Source: Balanoglossus misakiensis (taxonomy: Eukaryota > Animalia > Hemichordata). From it: 64,000 nucleotides of DNA. Under the pieces are notes generated by a model. It searched no databases. It was given only the letters and a program-made list of their open reading frames with translations, and was not told the origin of the DNA. How positions within the stretch are numbered: the first letter of the stretch is position 1; each line of letters opens with the position of its first letter. Positions 45,302 through 57,400 of the stretch are shown here, piece after piece. Where the stretch lies: assembly GCA_040954595.2 (NCBI GenBank), contig CM082579.2:3273127-3337126 (forward strand), written 5' to 3'. Made by a program: the position numbers and the translations under genes.

Positions 45302-47907
45302 ATGATGGAAAATCAGGACTCCACTACCACTACCAGAGAAGGGGGTTGGATTCTGTCTACCGTAATTGCGATTGGAATTATTTACCTAGTGTCTCGTATA
45401 TTTCAACCGAAACAAACTAGGTATGTACATTCTAGCTTGAGTGTCTTTATTCTACTCCATAAATCATGCCCTCTGTCCTTCTCAAAACATTCTGTGTAGC
45501 ATAGTTGTGAACAGTTAAATCATCCCTTTCTTATCCCACATACAGACGGAGAATGAGATTTGTCTCAGACTATGAGCAGTACATGAAGGATACAGTGCCT
45601 GCAGGTTTGCTGGATCACTATGTAGGTGGAGCAGGGCAGCATCATACAATACCAAGAAATGAGGAGGCATTTGGCAGGTAAGAACACATCATATTGAGAT
45701 TATGCATATGATAACATATGATTCATTCAGTTAAAAGGCATGACCTAGTTCAGTGATTTATTGAATCACATCTGCTGTGCGAGTTTCAATTGTCCAAGCC
45801 CTTCATTGCTTAATATTTTATTTTCTCATATTGTCTCTTTCATCCAGGATATGTCTAATGACCCGTATCTTACATCCAATTCTCCACGTTGACCTTCGAA
45901 CTCAGATCCTGGACAGAGTGGTTGATATGCCCATTGGGGTAGCACCTACATCCTTGCGCAATGCACTCTGGCCTGATGGAGACAGGTGTGCTGCTAAAGG
46001 TACTTTGTTTTCATCTTTGTGTTGTGTTGTGTTGTGTTGTGTTGTGTTGTGTTGTGTTGTGTCGTGTCGTGTCGTGTCGTGTCGTGTTGTGTTGTGTTGT
46101 GTTCAAGGTCCTGACCCAATTCTGGGGATTTGGTCATGGACTCAAAGCGGCTGGAACCCATTTCATTTTGGTGCTTTTAACAATTGTATCCAAATGGGTT
46201 AGTCAGTGTAACTATTCATTTATGCGTTCTGCAGCTCACCTTTTCATGGGCACCAAAGGAAACATCTTCAAAATCGAGTATTTCCTATGTTGATTTTAAA
46301 TTGATGTTTTGTGCTGTTTTGATGCAACCCACAGCTGCAGCAGAGTTGCAAGTGATCAACATCGTCCCGATGACAAGTCCGATCAGCATGGAACAAGTGT
46401 CCAAGTGTGGCCAGTCTGGTATAAACTGGTTGCAGATTGCTGTTCTTGAAGACGACGCCCACTTGCCGCTGTTGTCAAGAGCCAAAGAAGCAGGATTCAA
46501 AGCCATAGTTGTTGGAGTGGATAAGAGAGGTTTGGGAAAGTCGGTCTCTGCACAGGAAGTTGTGGACACTGTTAGAAATGCTAAATGTGCCAATCTGAAC
46601 TATAAACCTTATAGCAAACTCATAGAGGTAAATATCTTGGTCTATTTCTCATTGTATGGTGGTGAAGTTAGTGAAAAAGTTGTTCATTGTAAATTGATTC
46701 AAGAGAGAACATTTTTTGCCTCTTTTCATGGATCCAAGAAATCTCAGTACACCATTTTTTTCTCCTTTCACAAACTAACTAGGCAATAAAAAAGAACATC
46801 TCCTGGCGTGACATAGATGCCGTGATGTCAGAGACGGATTTACCGGTGATCATCAAAGGTGTGTTAAACCCAGAAGATGCCATCACAGCTGTCTCTCATG
46901 GTGTCCATGGTATCATTGTGTCCAATCATGGCGGAAGAGCCATGGATGGTGTTCCGGCAACGGTATGTGCTTCCTGTTTTTTTAGGGGGGGGATTTGTGG
47001 GAAGGGAAATTTGAAAACATAAACACACAAACAAAATACATGGACAAGTTGAAATGAAATGGAAAAATAGTAGTTGACTGGCATGATTGAACTCTACTTG
47101 CATGCGTAGACCTGGTTGTGATGATAGTACAACACCAACTTTTTTCATTTCAGATTGAAGTGTTGCCTGCCATAAAGTCTGCTGTGGGAGATCAGATTGA
47201 AGTTTATCTTGACGGTGGCGTCAGAAGTGGTAGTGATGTGCTCAAGGCTCTGGCGCTCGGTGCGAAATGTGTGTTTTTAGGTCGCCCAGTTCTGTATGGA
47301 CTGAGTTATCAGGTAAGAAGATGGCTTTGTTCTGTGTCGACTGTTTTCACTAAAAGAATGCAACTTCATTGATATCTGCAAAACTTTTAACTTTGTTTTG
47401 CCTGAGTGGAATCTCATTAATGTCCTTGAAAAGAATATAGACCATTTTCACATGCAGTTTACACTCACTAGACTCAGATCCTTGTATTTAATTTCAATTT
47501 CACAAATTGTCGATTATTTTATTTTTTCAGGGTAAAGAGGGAGTTAAGCAAGTATTTGACATTTTAAAGGAAGAACTCACATGTGCAATGATTTACACAG
47601 GTCAGTCAACCATCTCCAAATATTTACAGATAGTGCATATATTTTAGATGTTCTGTGATGTTGGAACATTTGACATTGACACTGTTGTCGACAGAGCTTC
47701 AACAGATGAGCATGTGTTGGTTCGATTTTGAGTAATGAATTTCAAAGTACAAGTTCATTGCCAGAGTTTTATATTTTTCCTCCAGGTTGTTCATCGGTTT
47801 CTAAAATCCCGACGTCAATCGTCATGCAGCCAGGTGATCCAAGATTGCACGCGGTGTTGACAAGTGATGGACAAACCACAGCCAACTCATCAAGGCACGA
47901 GTGCTGA
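45302..47907 (+). CDS. Divergent FMN-dependent alpha-hydroxyacid oxidase family protein (HAO1/HAO2-like) with N-terminal hydrophobic extension
   Basis: Exons 45302-45420, 45546-45677, 45848-45999, 46335-46627, 46783-46962, 47154-47312, 47531-47600, 47786-47907. Motifs [31 protein letters not shown] and [28 protein letters not shown]. Confidence 0.9.
46018..46103. repeat. Compound pentanucleotide microsatellite (GTTGT)n(GTCGT)n(GTTGT)n
   Basis: Direct reading; lies in intron 3 of the HAO-like gene. Confidence 0.95.
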
Positions 47908-48289
47908 CAGGGATGGAAATTGCCATGTTGGGATTTTTCAAATGAGCTCACATCAGAGCATTGTTCAGCTTTTCACAGCATCACTTTTCTGTGTGTTCAG
48001 TGTTTTATAGAGCATGGTAAAATTGCGGAAATAAACCAGCTGCAAATTAAGAGACTAAAGAGTTTTATTTTAACTTTATATTGCAAACTAAAAAACTCGT
48101 ATTGCATACAGGTGATTTTGTATTTATAAATGACGGCAATTGTACAAAGGTAATGTAGATAGTTACACATGACATTAAAATGCCAAAATGAGCAAAATTC
48201 ACAATAATTTGTCATTTTTCGAGCCTGTATGAGTAAATCCATGTATATGTGACATGCAAAAACTCATTTGGAACTGGATTCCGGTAACA

Positions 48290-49769
48290 TTATACTATTG
48301 GTTGACAGTATGGCCTCGTCCCAGACCACTTTCCTTCCTCTGTACATTGCTGAACTGTCGAACCGACGAGTAGAAATCCTTCATTACACGCAAACGTTAT
48401 TGTATCGCCGTTTCGAGTTCCCGTTCCGGTGGCGTCACCATTTTCCAAAGTGCCAATCGGACCACACAAGATTTCTGTTGAGAAATATACTAAGTATTGA
48501 GGGTCGATTCCAATATACTCTGAGAATGAATACTTCGTGAGTACCATTAATCGATGTTTGAAGCAATACAGTTTTCCATTCCAAGGTGTTTTCTATGAAA
48601 GTGACCCTTTTAAAAAGTTTCTCATTGTAGAACTCAGGGAAACAAAAAACCGTTTACATTTTATGTTTCAAAATACGTCTTGAGTAGAACGTCTTGCCCC
48701 CTGAACTAGCATCGATGGCGTGATATACAGAGACCAAAAGCGCGAGACGCATACCAAACTTGACGGAGACAGAGGCTAGAGGTCCGAGAAGTCCGAGTGA
48801 TCAACCTACCTCTGCAAGAGGGCGCCATTCCCGACCAACTGCCTGTCTGGTCACATGACCTAAACATTGGACCAATGAGCTTGTATCCAGGATTACACTG
48901 GATCATGATCCGTGATCCATAGACGTGACTGCTGAAGACAGAAGAAACCATTCCGTTCGCCGGCGATGGGAGACTCGGGCAGATAACAGCTATAAAATAT
49001 GAATTTATGAAAAAAAAAATCAACAGAACGTTCGACGTGATATTTCAGTCCACTTATGCAGGCCTACAGCACCACATTTGGACAAAAGTTGCGCTCTTTT
49101 CAACCTATAGAGTAATGTAGTCAGCATCCTACCTTTGCAGCTTTTCCGGTCTCCATCCAACTCAAATCCTGGCTCACACTCACAGACATAACTTCCCGGT
49201 AGATTCCTACAGCTGTGCTGACAATCGTGTTCGGAACTTGCACATTCATCGATATCTGAACACGAGAAACGTAGCGATGTCAACACCATGAATAATTAAG
49301 AAAACAGCAAGATCGTGACCGTTTTGGTGGCAAGCCTGTCTAATACGTACATTCACAAGCACGCACGAACGCCCCCCCCCACCCACACACATATATAGAT
49401 ATACATACCTTTGCATTGTTTACCATTGCTTGTCAGAGCGAATCCTTCCGGACATGAACACCTAAAACTACCTGGCGTATTATGACAAGCGTGCTGGCAT
49501 CCTCCTGCTGGTGATGTCTGGTCCCCCGTGCCCTGTGAACACTCGTCAATATCTAAAAGGAAAAGAACGAATATCACGGTCAGGACTTTTCACTTGACAA
49601 AAGGAGTCGCAAATACCAATATTTGTAAATGATTTATTCTGAAGATTCTGAGTACACAGTGCAAACCGTCTTGTCATCATTGTTTTTGAATAGACATTTT
49701 GATGACGTCGACGATGATGTTGATTGTCCCCTGTTTCGGATGTGGAATCGTCTGATATATTGAAAATGT
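48290..49769 (-). CDS. Small protein with 2 calcium-binding EGF and 2 CCP/sushi domains; 5' end uncertain
   Basis: Phase-1 exons 49552-49409 ([20 protein letters not shown]), 49255-49133 ([20 protein letters not shown]), 48989-48810 and 48474-48290 (CCP: CP.L..P.NG..C..GY/F.L.G....C...G.WSG..P.C). A probable upstream exon lies at 49769-49617. Start codon not resolved. Confidence 0.85.
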
Positions 49770-51138
49770 CTGGCAAAAAACGACAAACATACACAATCCA
49801 AAATTTCATCAGCTTTGTGTATATATACACCACGGACTTGAGACGCGGCAGAGCAATCGTTTTAAAAACTTTCAAACAATAATACAATCTCGTTGCTGAT
49901 TGGTTTGAGTCACCTGGACCACGTGGACATGGTAATTACCGTCTACCATCCGGGCATTTTCGTAAAAGACGGCCACGCTGCTCGGTGCACATGGGGTTCT
50001 TTTTGATGCGGAGCGCAGACAACTCAACACCAGAGTTTCTGCGCTGTTTATTGCCGTGAATGCCTCGGTAAGTAAAGTACTAGAAGTAGACACAATTTCT
50101 CAGTTATTGACCAGACCTATAGGTTATATTTTAGCGAGTTTGGAACAACCAAGTCACACGTCCGACGAGCACTGAAAAAGAACACGCGTCACAGTCAAAC
50201 AGCTCGAGTCGGTGTTTCACTGCGTTTGAATTTACAAATTCCCTTCGTTCGCGTTACCCAACCTGAGATTCACGGATTATTACACTAGTCGGTGTTGTAA
50301 CTCTTTGCCGGTGGGCGGTCGTATTTTGTACGCCAAAAAGACAATTCAGTTCCTCTGGAAAAGGAAGGTGCGGTCAATTGGTAGCGGGTTCGCGTGTGGT
50401 CAGTGTGTTTTCGAGCGTGAGCGAAATACATGCAAATTAACACCAGCCCACAATTGTAAAATAAAGAGTGTTAATTAACCACGTTGCCGAAGTGAGAGTG
50501 AAATTCCAGGCAACTATACAAATTTGTATGATGTACCATCTGCGAATGAACAACAGTTGGTGTGCGGTGATCACGGCAGACGTTTTGTTTCATGTTCATG
50601 GGATAGACATTCACTTCAACGTTCTTCTACTTATTTTGCAGATGCGTAGACCGGATGAACTGATAATATCCAGCAACCAAGCTGAGGCCGCCATGCAGCT
50701 GTAACTGGGAGAGGATAGTGCTTGTGTGTTCCATGGCTGATTGGATACCAACAGATTCTATGATGTTACAAGCCAGATGCAAAAGTAAGCCACATTTATA
50801 CATGTATATTAAATCGCCAGTATCAACCTGGCCTTTCATTCATTGTGGCCATGTTGAAGACTTATTCCTGATTCTGACTGGTGCCGGTACCCAGCTCAGC
50901 GCAATATGTGGATGTCATTTCGGAGTTTTAAAACCAACATCTTTTGTTATGGCACAAATACAAGTTCACCGACTTTGAATGCTTCGAGATGTGCTCGTTA
51001 TTGTGAGTGTGTGTGCGCATGTGTGTCAAGGTGTATTTGGGCCATGCAACTGTGACTTCATGAGGTGAGCGCTTGTATGTTCCATGGCTGAATGAAGACC
51101 AGTGGATGATATGAAGTTTCATAACAAGTAAGTCATAT

Positions 51139-51831
51139 AGACATAAATAAAATCCCCGGTGCGGGTGGGTCCCATCCCTCAGACCGTCAGTTAATACTTA
51201 ATACAAACACAAGTTTTTGAGATATGTTATCTTTCGTCATTATTCAATAAAAAAAATAAAAACAGACACGCACTCATAATACTGAGAGTGGTTTATTTCC
51301 GTACCGATCAACTTCCCGTCGCGTCGCTGATATAGATAGTTAATACTTAATACAAGTACAAGTTTTTTGAGATATGTGATCTTTCGTCATTATTCAATAA
51401 AAAATAAAAACAGACACGCACTCATAATACTGAGAGTGGTTTATTTCCGTACCGATCAACTTCCCGTCGCGTCGCTGATATAGATAGTTAATACTTAATA
51501 CAAGTACAAGTTTTTTGAGATATGTGATCTTTCGTCATTATTCAATAAAAAAATAAAAACAGACACGCACTCATAATACTGAGAGTGGTTTATTTCCGTA
51601 CCGATCAACTTCCCGTCGCGTCGCTGATATAGATAGTTAATACTTAATACAAGTACAAGTTTTTTTAGATATGTGATCTTTCGTCATTATTCAATAAAAA
51701 AATAAAAACAGACACGCACTCATAATACTGAGAGTGGTTTATTTCCGTACCGATCAACTTCCCGTCGCGTCGCTGATACAGACATAAATAAAATCCCCGG
51801 GGCGGGTGGGTCCCATCACTCAGACCGTCAG
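51139..51831. repeat. Four near-identical 148-149-bp tandem units bracketed by a 52-bp direct repeat
   Basis: Unit starts agttaatactt at 51189, 51338, 51486 and 51635. agacataaataaaatccccgg.gcgggtgggtcccatc.ctcagaccgtcag occurs at 51139-51190 and 51780-51831. Decayed copies continue to ~52140. Confidence 0.95.
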
Positions 51832-52212
51832 CAATTTTTCAATAAAAAATATTAAAAACATACGTTGTACTGATAAAACTGAGTGGTTTATTTGTAACGG
51901 TCATTTTCCCACGTGCGTACATCTGTTGGTACGTTTTTGAGAGTTGTAATCTTTTTTCACTTACTGCAATAAAAGTGTATATAAAAAATTCTAGTATAAC
52001 CAGGGAGTGATTTATTTGGCTCCCGTCATCCTCGCGTGTGTGTAGGTCTCTGTTAGCCAGAGTCTGTTATTATAGTAAAATAGGTTCCGTACTTATACTT
52101 TCCAGAAGTTTTTTGAGATTTCACTTACTCCAATGTAATTTTATGAAAACAATTTTCTAGGTTTTTGTGATTGTATCTTTTGTATTTTTTATTATCTTGT
52201 CTTATAGTTTAA

Positions 52213-52391
52213 AGGTATACGGTCACCTGTGGAAAATAAGCTATAGTTACCATTTCAAATTGAGATCTAGCCAATCACAGGTTTTCAGTGGGTGGCACAC
52301 GCGAAAAAAGAGCACCCCCATTTGTTCTTTAGAACGCTCAAATGCACCATTTCAGCCATATATGGGCATATGAAAAGGTGACCGTGTACCT
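52213..52391. mobile_element. MITE with terminal inverted repeats, TTAA-target (Kolobok/T2-MITE-like)
   Basis: TTAA|AGGTATACGGTCACCT ... AGGTGACCGTGTACCT|TTAG. 16-bp TIR with 1 mismatch; the right TSD has 1 mismatch. Confidence 0.75.
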
Positions 52392-54049
52392 TTAGAAACT
52401 ATAGAATAACGACACCTTTTATTGTGAGTTGATTTATCTCAATTTTCACCTGTTTGTTGTAATTCAATTTTAAAGTTGTGATTCATGTATTTTCCATTCT
52501 GTGATAATTAACCATTCATTGAGAGTGAATCCCAGTGTTTGGACACTTGTTTGAATTCTATGATGGCAGTTCTCATATCAGTTCATTTTGCGCATCTTGC
52601 TCATTATTGCAAGTCGAAATATTACTATATTTCAAAATTTGTTTGCCAAAATTAAACTCTCGATGTACAATTTTAATTAATTGAAGGAAATTACCTGTTA
52701 CTTGCGGTCCATATAGTGACCACATTTTTCACTATTTTTTGAGTGAAATATGTTATTAGAAACGTAAAAATGTATTTCAGTGGATGTTTACCAAGTTTAT
52801 GCAATGCAATTATTATGTCAACAAGTATTGCTTTGTTGTATTTCATTCCATTATATCAGCATGATGATTTTTGTTAAGTCCACAGAACTTTTGTAAATCT
52901 TTTGTTTGTGGTCTCCAAACTTTAAATCTGTGTTTAATTGAATTATTGTATTTTCAATAAAACTGGAATGGAAAGAATGATATAACTCGTCTCTGTATCA
53001 ATTTATTCAACCAATGCCATGATAATTATTGGAAAGTGGTCAAAAGTCGACCCTTGATTTGAAAACAAAGTCTGTTCTCACTGACACTAAAAAAGTATCT
53101 GATTTGCATCAATTATGAATGATTCTGACTGGTGCCTGTAGCCAGGTCAGGGAACCGAATTTTGAATAAACCCCAACAGTACATAACAACCAGGGGTGCT
53201 ATATGAACATAACATTTCAATGTTTAAAACCAATATCATTTTGTTATGGCAACAAACAAGTTTACCGACTTTGAATACTTCGAAAGTTGCTCGTTATTGT
53301 GAGTGTGTGTGTGTCTGTGTGTGTGTGTCTGTGTGTAAGTTGTATATTCCAGCCATGCAACTGTGACAACATGAGGTAAGCACTTGTATGTTTCATGGCC
53401 GAGTGAATACCGGTGGATACTATTGGGATTTCAAGGAGTACTGAACAAGTAAGTGACAAAATCTTCATTTGGGATGGGGTTTTTCCTTTATCGAAGTCTA
53501 CAGAACGTAAAGTATATTCTCTTTATTAAAACTATGAATTTGTGTTCATTTGAAAACTGTTTTCAATAAAAAATAGAAAAACTAAGACTTTGGTCGTGCC
53601 CGTGTCATTTTATTCAACCATGCTAAGATAATTATTGAAACATGGCAAAAGTCGGTTCTTGATTCGAAAACAATCACTTGTGTCCTTGACCCTCAATGTT
53701 TGCATTTGCAAAGATAGGTCAAAGGTCATCACAATTTTTTGCGGCAAATTTCACACTAGCTGTTACTATAAAGTTAATTAGATGAGACGTTTCAGTCTGT
53801 CAAATAAATAAATAAACAGACAGAACGACAGACAGACGGACAAAAACAAACGAATATATTGGGTATAACTGTAGCTAAAGGGCATTCATGTACTCGTACC
53901 TGTACAGGTTCGACCGTCAGAATTCAATTGGTATCCCGTGTGACAATCACATCTGTAGCCGCCGTCGAAATTGGCGCATAGCTGTTGGCAATTTGAACTC
54001 TCAGACGTGCATTCATCGATGTCTGTTGAATTGAAAAGATTGCAGATAC

Positions 54050-54481
54050 CTCATGAAAATGGTCAAAAGTGACAAATTCTTGATTTTGAGGGTTTTGGTA
54101 ATTTTGTCATTTTGAGACGTTTTTCATGGGCTATAGCTCATGAAAATTGTAGAAAAATGACGAATTTCCGACTTTGCGAACTTTGGTGTTTTTGTTATTT
54201 TGAGCCGGTTTTCATGGGTTATAGCTAATGAAAAGTGTCAACAGATGAAAAAATTTTGACTTTGCGAACTTTGGTGATGTTGTCATTTTGAGACGTTTTC
54301 CATGGGTTATAGCTCATGAAAATTGTAGAAAATGACAAATTTCCGACTTTGCGAACTTTGGTGTTTTTGTCGATTTAAGACGTTTTTCATGGGTTATAGC
54401 TCATGAAAAGTGTCAACTGTTGAAAAATTTTTGACTTTGCGAACTTTGGTGATTTTGTCATTTTGGACATTTTACATGCGT
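54050..54481. repeat. Diverged edge monomers of the satellite (alternating A/B types)
   Basis: tatagct(c/a)atgaaaa recurs at ~54132, 54220, 54308, 54395 and 54482 (87-88 bp period), alternately followed by ttgtagaaaa and gtgtcaac. Confidence 0.9.
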
Positions 54482-57400
54482 TATAGCTCATGAAAATCAT
54501 CCAAAAATGAGAATTTTTCGACTTTGCGGAATTTCAAAATTTGGCCGATTTTTGAAAAAATCATGGGTTATAGCTCATGAAAATCATCCAAAAATGAGAA
54601 TTTTTCGACTTTGCGGAATTTCAAAATTTGGCCGATTTTTGAAAAAATCATGGGTTATAGCTCATGAAAATCATCCAAAAATGAGAATTTTTCGACTTTG
54701 CGGAATTTCAAAATTTGGCCGATTTTTGAAAAAATCATGGGTTATAGCTCATGAAAATCATCCAAAAATGAGAATTTTTCGACTTTGCGGAATTTCAAAA
54801 TTTGGCCGATTTTTGAAAAAATCATGGGTTATAGCTCATGAAAATCATCCAAAAATGAGAATTTTTCGACTTTGCGGAATTTCAAAATTTGGCCGATTTT
54901 TGAAAAAATCATGGGTTATAGCTCATGAAAATCATCCAAAAATGAGAATTTTTCGACTTTGCGGAATTTCAAAATTTGGCCGATTTTTGAAAAAATCATG
55001 GGTTATAGCTCATGAAAATCATCCAAAAATGAGAATTTTTCGACTTTGCGGAATTTCAAAATTTGGCCGATTTTTGAAAAAATCATGGGTTATAGCTCAT
55101 GAAAATCATCCAAAAATGAGAATTTTTCGACTTTGCGGAATTTCAAAATTTGGCCGATTTTTGAAAAAATCATGGGTTATAGCTCATGAAAATCATCCAA
55201 AAATGAGAATTTTTCGACATTGCGGAATTTCAAAATTTGGCCGATTTTTGAAAAATTCATGGGTTATAGCTCATGAAAATCATCCAAAAATGAGAATTTT
55301 TCGACTTTGCGGAATTTCAAAATTTGGCCGATTTTTGAAAAAATCATGGGTTATAGCTCATGAAAATCATCCAAAAATGAGAATTTTTCGACTTTGCGGA
55401 ATTTCAAAATTTGGCCGATTTTTGAAAAAATCATGGGTTATAGCTCATGAAAATCATCCAAAAATGAGAATTTTTCGACTTTGCGGAATTTCAAAATTTG
55501 GCCGATTTTTGAAAAACTCATGGGTTATAGCTCATGAAAATCATCCAAAAATGAGAATTTTTCGACTTTGCGGAATTTCAAAATTTGGCCGATTTTTGAA
55601 AAAATCATGGGTTATAGCTCATGAAAATCATCCAAAAATGAGAATTTTTCGACTTTGCGGAATTTCAAAATTTGGCCGATTTTTGAAAAAATCATGGGTT
55701 ATAGCTCATGAAAATCATCCAAAAATGAGAATTTTTCGACTTTGCGGAATTTCAAAATTTGGCCGATTTTTGAAAAAATCATGGGTTATAGCTCATGAAA
55801 ATCATCCAAAAATAAGAATTTTTCGACTTTGCGGAATTTCAAAATTTGGCCGATTTTTGAAAAAATCATGGGTTATAGCTCATGAAAATCATCCAAAAAT
55901 GAGAATTTTTCGACTTTGCGGAATTTCAAAATTTGGCCGATTTTTGAAAAAATCATGGGTTATAGCTCATGAAAATCATCTAAAAATGACAATTTTCCGA
56001 CTTTGCGGAATTTCAAAATTTGGCCGACTTTTGAAAAAATCATGGGTTATAGCTCATGAAAATCATCCAAAAATGAGAATTTTTCGACTTTGCGGAATTT
56101 CAAAATTTGGCCGATTTTTGAAAAAATCATGGGTTATAGCTCATGAAAATCATCCAAAAATGAGAATTTTTCGACTTTGCGGAATTTCAAAATTTGGCCG
56201 ATTTTTGAAAAAATCATGGGTTATAGCTCATGAAAATCATCCAAAAATGAGAATTTTTCGACTTTGCGGAATTTCAAAATTTGGCCGATTTTTGAAAAAA
56301 TCATGGGTTATAGCTCATGAAAATCATCCAAAAATGAGAATTTTTCGACTTTGCGGAATTTCAAAATTTGGCCGATTTTTGAAAAAATCATGGGTTATAG
56401 CTCATGAAAATCATCCAAAAATGAGAATTTTTCGACTTTGCGGAATTTCAAAATTTGGCCGATTTTTGAAAAAATCATGGGTTATAGCTCATGAAAATCA
56501 TCCAAAAATGAGAATTTTTCGACTTTGCGGAATTTCAAAATTTGGCCGATTTTTGAAAAAATCATGTGTTATAGCTCATGAAAATCATCCAAAAATGAGA
56601 ATTTTTCGACTTTGCGGAATTTCAAAATTTGGCCGATTTTTGAAAAAATCATGGGTTATAGCTCATGAAAATCATCCAAAAATGAGAATATTTCGACTTT
56701 GCGGAATTTCAAAATTTGGCCGATTTTTGAAAAAATCATGGGTTATAGCTCATGAAAATCATCCAAAAATGAGAATATTTCGACTTTGCGGAATTTCAAA
56801 ATTTGGCCGATTTTTGAAAAAATCATGGGTTATAGCTCATGAAAATCATCCAAAAATGAGAATTTTTCGACTTTGCGGAATTTCAAAATTTGGCCGATTT
56901 TTGAAAAAATCATGGGTTATAGCTCATGAAAATCATCCAAAAATGAGAATTTTTCGACTTTGCGGAATTTCAAAATTTGGCCGATTTTTGAAAAAATCAT
57001 GGGTTATAGCTCATGAAAATCATCCAAAAATGAGAATTTTTCGACTTTGCGGAATTTCAAAATTTGGCCGATTTTTGAAAAAATCATGGGTTATAGCTCA
57101 TGAAAATCATCCAAAAATGAGAATTTTTCGACTTTGCGGAATTTCAAAATTTGGCCGATTTTTGAAAAAATCATGGGTTATAGCTCATGAAAATCATCCA
57201 AAAATGAGAATATTTCGACTTTGCGGAATTTCAAAATTTGGCCGATTTTTGAAAAAATCATGGGTTATAGCTCATGAAAATCATCCAAAAATGAGAATTT
57301 TTCGACTTTGCGGAATTTCAAAATTTGGCCGATTTTTGAAAAAATCATGGGTTATAGCTCATGAAAATCATCCAAAAATGAGAATTTTTCGACTTTGCGG

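Larger units (their letters stand above)
50690..53460. repeat. Dispersed diverged direct repeats
   Basis: ~50870-51135 recurs at ~53120-53455 (tgattctgactggtgcc; tttaaaaccaa...ttgttatggca...ccgactttgaat...gccatgcaactgtgac). A shorter third copy is at ~50690-50750. Confidence 0.8.

Noticed and set aside
45777-46293. Cys/Val-rich ORFs (CCVVL repeats)
   Set aside because: Translation of the intronic pentanucleotide microsatellite.
54516-54531. CENP-B box-like TTTCGACTTTGCGGAA in the monomer
   Set aside because: Spacing is 6 nt rather than 7, the central A is missing, and CGGG is CGGA.
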